In this document: in pieces, positions 61,128 to 64,000 of the stretch
How the letters are laid out: each line of letters starts with the position of its first letter
Numbering within the stretch: position 1 is the first letter of the stretch
Assembly: GCA_965238275.1 (NCBI GenBank)
Contig: OZ250186.1
Span: 1,792,001-1,856,000 of the forward strand
Reading direction: 5' to 3'
DNA: 64,000 nucleotides
DNA from: Nitrosopumilus sp.
Lineage (GTDB): Archaea; Thermoproteota; Nitrososphaeria; Nitrososphaerales; Nitrosopumilaceae
Position numbers and translations under genes: made by a program
The notes under the pieces: model-generated
The model's database searches: none
Seen by the model: the letters and a program-made list of their open reading frames with translations, nothing else
What the model was told of the DNA's origin: nothing

Positions 61128-61373
61128 GTATAAGATACATGGAAAATATTTATAAACATTTATCATATATGATTCATTTTCTGCATCAAATTCCCCAAGC
61201 ATGGCAAATCATTATCCACGGGTGATTCTGACCGCATCCATAGCCCTGTTTTTGTATCCGTGCGGTGCGCCAATTCAGACTCGGGCATTATGGCGGCGCC
61301 GGGGAGCCTGAACGGTTACAGCGTCATGCATGTACAGCACTCGCAAGACAGATTAACCCGGCATGGGACCTGA

Positions 61374-61640
61374 ATGCTGATGGCAACGCACGAGGTCCAT
61401 GTCACCATAGAGAACAAGCCGGGCATGAGCGACCCCGAGGGAGACACCATCCTCAACGACTTGGTCTTGAGGGGCAGTCACGAGGAGGTTACAAGGATAA
61501 GGGCTGCAAGGATGCTCAAGTTTACCATCAATGCTGCCGACTCAAACGACGCCATAGCCAGGGTGCAGAAGATCTGCGACGAACTGAGAATATACAATCC
61601 GGTGGCAAGCAGGATCTCGCTCAAGGCACGACAGCAGTAA
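61374..61640 (+). CDS. purS: FGAM synthase subunit PurS
   Basis: KPGMSDPEGDTI and YNPV motifs. Confidence 0.92.
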   Translation: MLMATHEVHVTIENKPGMSDPEGDTILNDLVLRGSHEEVTRIRAARMLKFTINAADSNDAIARVQKICDELRIYNPVASRISLKARQQ

Positions 61641-61706
61641 CCCGGAATCCGCACGTCGGTGCGTGCGACTGATTTCAATTAAATATCGCCAAATCCAAAC
61701 GGTTCT

Positions 61707-62384
61707 GTGAGCGTAGTCATCGTGGTGTTTCCCGGAAGCAACTGCGATCGCGACATGCACCACGTACTGAGGGACGTCATCGGCTTTGACGTGCAGTATC
61801 TCTGGCATGAAAGCCCCATGCCTAGTGATGCAGATGCGGTGATTCTTCCCGGCGGGTTCTCGTACGGCGACAGGCTCAGGGCAGGCATCATCGCGGCACA
61901 CAGCCCCATAATACGCGACATCAAGAGGATGGCAGATTCTGGAACCCCAATACTCGGAGTCTGCAACGGGTTTCAGATTCTTGCAGAATCGGGGATACTG
62001 CCAGGCGTGCTGCTCAAAAACGAGTCGCTGAGATACATGTGCGAGTGGTCCGGCATAACAGTGGAGAACAACAGGACCCCATTTACAGGCAGGTTCCGGT
62101 TGCACCAAAAGATCCCAATCCCGATTGCAAACGGCGAGGGAAGATACTTTGCAGACGGGGACACGCTGGAGCGGATGCGCAGGAACAACCAGATTGTATT
62201 TCGGTACGAGGGGCCGGTAAACGGCTCCATACACAACATTGCGGGGGTATGCAACGAGGAGGGAAACGTGGTGGGCATGATGCCCCATCCTGAGAGGGCT
62301 GCAGAATCCGCGATTAATCCGTCAGGCGACACCTCGTCGCTGCTAATCTTAGAGTCCATGCTTGAGGGAGCGGTGCGCAGTTGA
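61707..62384 (+). CDS. purQ: FGAM synthase subunit PurQ
   Basis: FPGSNCDRD, PGGFSYGDRLR, GVCNGFQ and MPHPER motifs. Confidence 0.96.
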   Translation: MSVVIVVFPGSNCDRDMHHVLRDVIGFDVQYLWHESPMPSDADAVILPGGFSYGDRLRAGIIAAHSPIIRDIKRMADSGTPILGVCNGFQILAESGILPGVLLKNESLRYMCEWSGITVENNRTPFTGRFRLHQKIPIPIANGEGRYFADGDTLERMRRNNQIVFRYEGPVNGSIHNIAGVCNEEGNVVGMMPHPERAAESAINPSGDTSSLLILESMLEGAVRS

Positions 62385-64000
62385 GCCTGGAACCGCATGA
62401 GATCGAGGAGCTTCGGGCAAGAATCGGCAGGGAGCCCACCAGCACAGAGTTTGAGATGGTGGCAGCAGAATGGTCCGAGCACTGCTCCTACAAGTCATCA
62501 AAGAGGCACCTGAGGATGCTTCCGATGGACGGGCCGCTGGTAATTACAGAAAAGGGGTACGACTCGGGGGTGCTGGATGTGGGGGACGGATACGTGATAA
62601 CTGCCCACATCGAGAGCCACAACCACCCTTCAGCAGTGGAGCCGTACGGGGGCGCGGCAACCGGGGTCGGCGGGGTGATACGGGACATACTGTCTGCGGG
62701 GACCAGGCCGGTCGCAATACTTGACGGGCTGCGCTTTGGGGACATCAGGAGTGACGCGCATGCACGGTGGCTGTTCAGAAACGCCGTGAGCGGCATTGCA
62801 GACTATGGCAACTGCCTGGGAATTCCCACCATCGGGGGCGAGACGGAGTTTGATTCGTGCTATTCGGGATATGCCATGGTGGACGTGGCTGCAGTCGGAT
62901 TTGGAAAAAGGGAACGCCTGATACAAAACCATGCAGAGCCCGGGGACCTGGTGGTTCTGGTGGGCGGCGCCACCGGCCGCGACGGCATAGGAGGATCACA
63001 GTTTGCATCAGACACGCTGGAGACAGACGACCGCTCGGCCGTGCAGATACCCGATCCGTTCATTGAAAAGCTGATAATCGAGGCCATACTGGAGGCAAGG
63101 AACGCAGGCGTGATTCACGCCATGAAGGATCTTGGAGGCGGCGGGCTTGCATGTGCCGTATCCGAGACTGCCAATGCCCTTGGCGTGGGAATGGACGTGG
63201 ATGTGGAAGGCGTCCACACCAGGGGGGAGGGGATGGATCCGTGGGAGATCATGGTATCAGAGTCGCAGGAGAGGATGCTGCTGGTTACCGGAGGCAGACA
63301 AGTCAGGGTACTGGAGGAGATATGCAAAAAGTTTCGCATCGGCTGCTCTGTCATCGGCTCAGTTACGCCAGACGGGATTGTGCGGATCCGGAGGGGCCAG
63401 GAGATCTTTGCCTGCCTGCCTGCAAAGGTCATTACCGATGCCACGCTCCTTGACCTGCCCTCGAAAAAGCCAGAATACCTCAAGACCATACACGCAGAGA
63501 GCCTCAAGGAGGTCGCGGACCTCTCAGACGTACTGGCAAGCCTGCTTGGCGCGCCCAACATCGCAAGCAAGATCTGGGTGTACGGCCAGTATGATCACGA
63601 GGTGGGAATCAGGACCGTCACAAAGCCTGGCGGCGATGCCTCCGTCCTGCGCCTTGACAACGGCAGGTTCCTCTCGGTAAAGATCGACGGAAACCCAAAG
63701 CACTGCTATGTCGATCCCCGCAACGGCGCCATCGGCTGCTTTGAGGAGGCATGCAGGAACGTCGCGTGCACCGGCGCCAGGCCCGTCGGGATGCTGGATC
63801 ACCTCCAGTTTGGAGATCCCAGGGATCCCGAGATATTCTGGACGTTTCTCGAATCGGTCAGGGGCATTGCAGACTTTGCAAGACACATGAACATTCCGTG
63901 CATCGGGGGGAAGGTAAGCCTGTACAACGAGACTGCCTCGGGTCCCATCAAGCCCACCCCTCTGATCGGAGTCCTGGGGCTCTCAGACAAGCAGCCTGCG
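62381..64000 (+). CDS. purL: FGAM synthase subunit PurL (runs off the window)
   Basis: Manual translation from TTG 62381 gives WSEHCSYKSS, ESHNHPS, GAATGVGG, DLGGGGL and SESQERM. Confidence 0.95.
   Translation, partial: MSLEPHEIEELRARIGREPTSTEFEMVAAEWSEHCSYKSSKRHLRMLPMDGPLVITEKGYDSGVLDVGDGYVITAHIESHNHPSAVEPYGGAATGVGGVIRDILSAGTRPVAILDGLRFGDIRSDAHARWLFRNAVSGIADYGNCLGIPTIGGETEFDSCYSGYAMVDVAAVGFGKRERLIQNHAEPGDLVVLVGGATGRDGIGGSQFASDTLETDDRSAVQIPDPFIEKLIIEAILEARNAGVIHAMKDLGGGGLACAVSETANALGVGMDVDVEGVHTRGEGMDPWEIMVSESQERMLLVTGGRQVRVLEEICKKFRIGCSVIGSVTPDGIVRIRRGQEIFACLPAKVITDATLLDLPSKKPEYLKTIHAESLKEVADLSDVLASLLGAPNIASKIWVYGQYDHEVGIRTVTKPGGDASVLRLDNGRFLSVKIDGNPKHCYVDPRNGAIGCFEEACRNVACTGARPVGMLDHLQFGDPRDPEIFWTFLESVRGIADFARHMNIPCIGGKVSLYNETASGPIKPTPLIGVLGLSDKQPA

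Overview
This is an archaeal chromosomal window. The gene set (aRF1, rps26e, archaeal ThrS, gatCAB with a non-discriminating-type AspS, trpEGDCBA without trpF, a CFI-box-CTERM protein) points to an ammonia-oxidising archaeon of the Nitrosopumilaceae. The LIV-type amino-acid ABC transporter, the large repeat surface protein and the heavy IS load suggest a host-associated lineage such as a sponge symbiont (inference). Housekeeping blocks are interrupted by IS66, IS5, ISH3 and IS481 elements or remnants, and by two AbiE-like toxin-antitoxin loci. The most unusual signal is a pair of related tnpB-only elements (29561-31161 on +, 46553-48040 on -). Both are bounded by IS630/mariner-like terminal inverted repeats with a flanking TA at each end, not by IS200/IS605 hairpin ends. 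Both carry a 3' region with compensatory base changes and GNRA loops, consistent with an omegaRNA. All family assignments come from motif recognition by eye; no database search was run.
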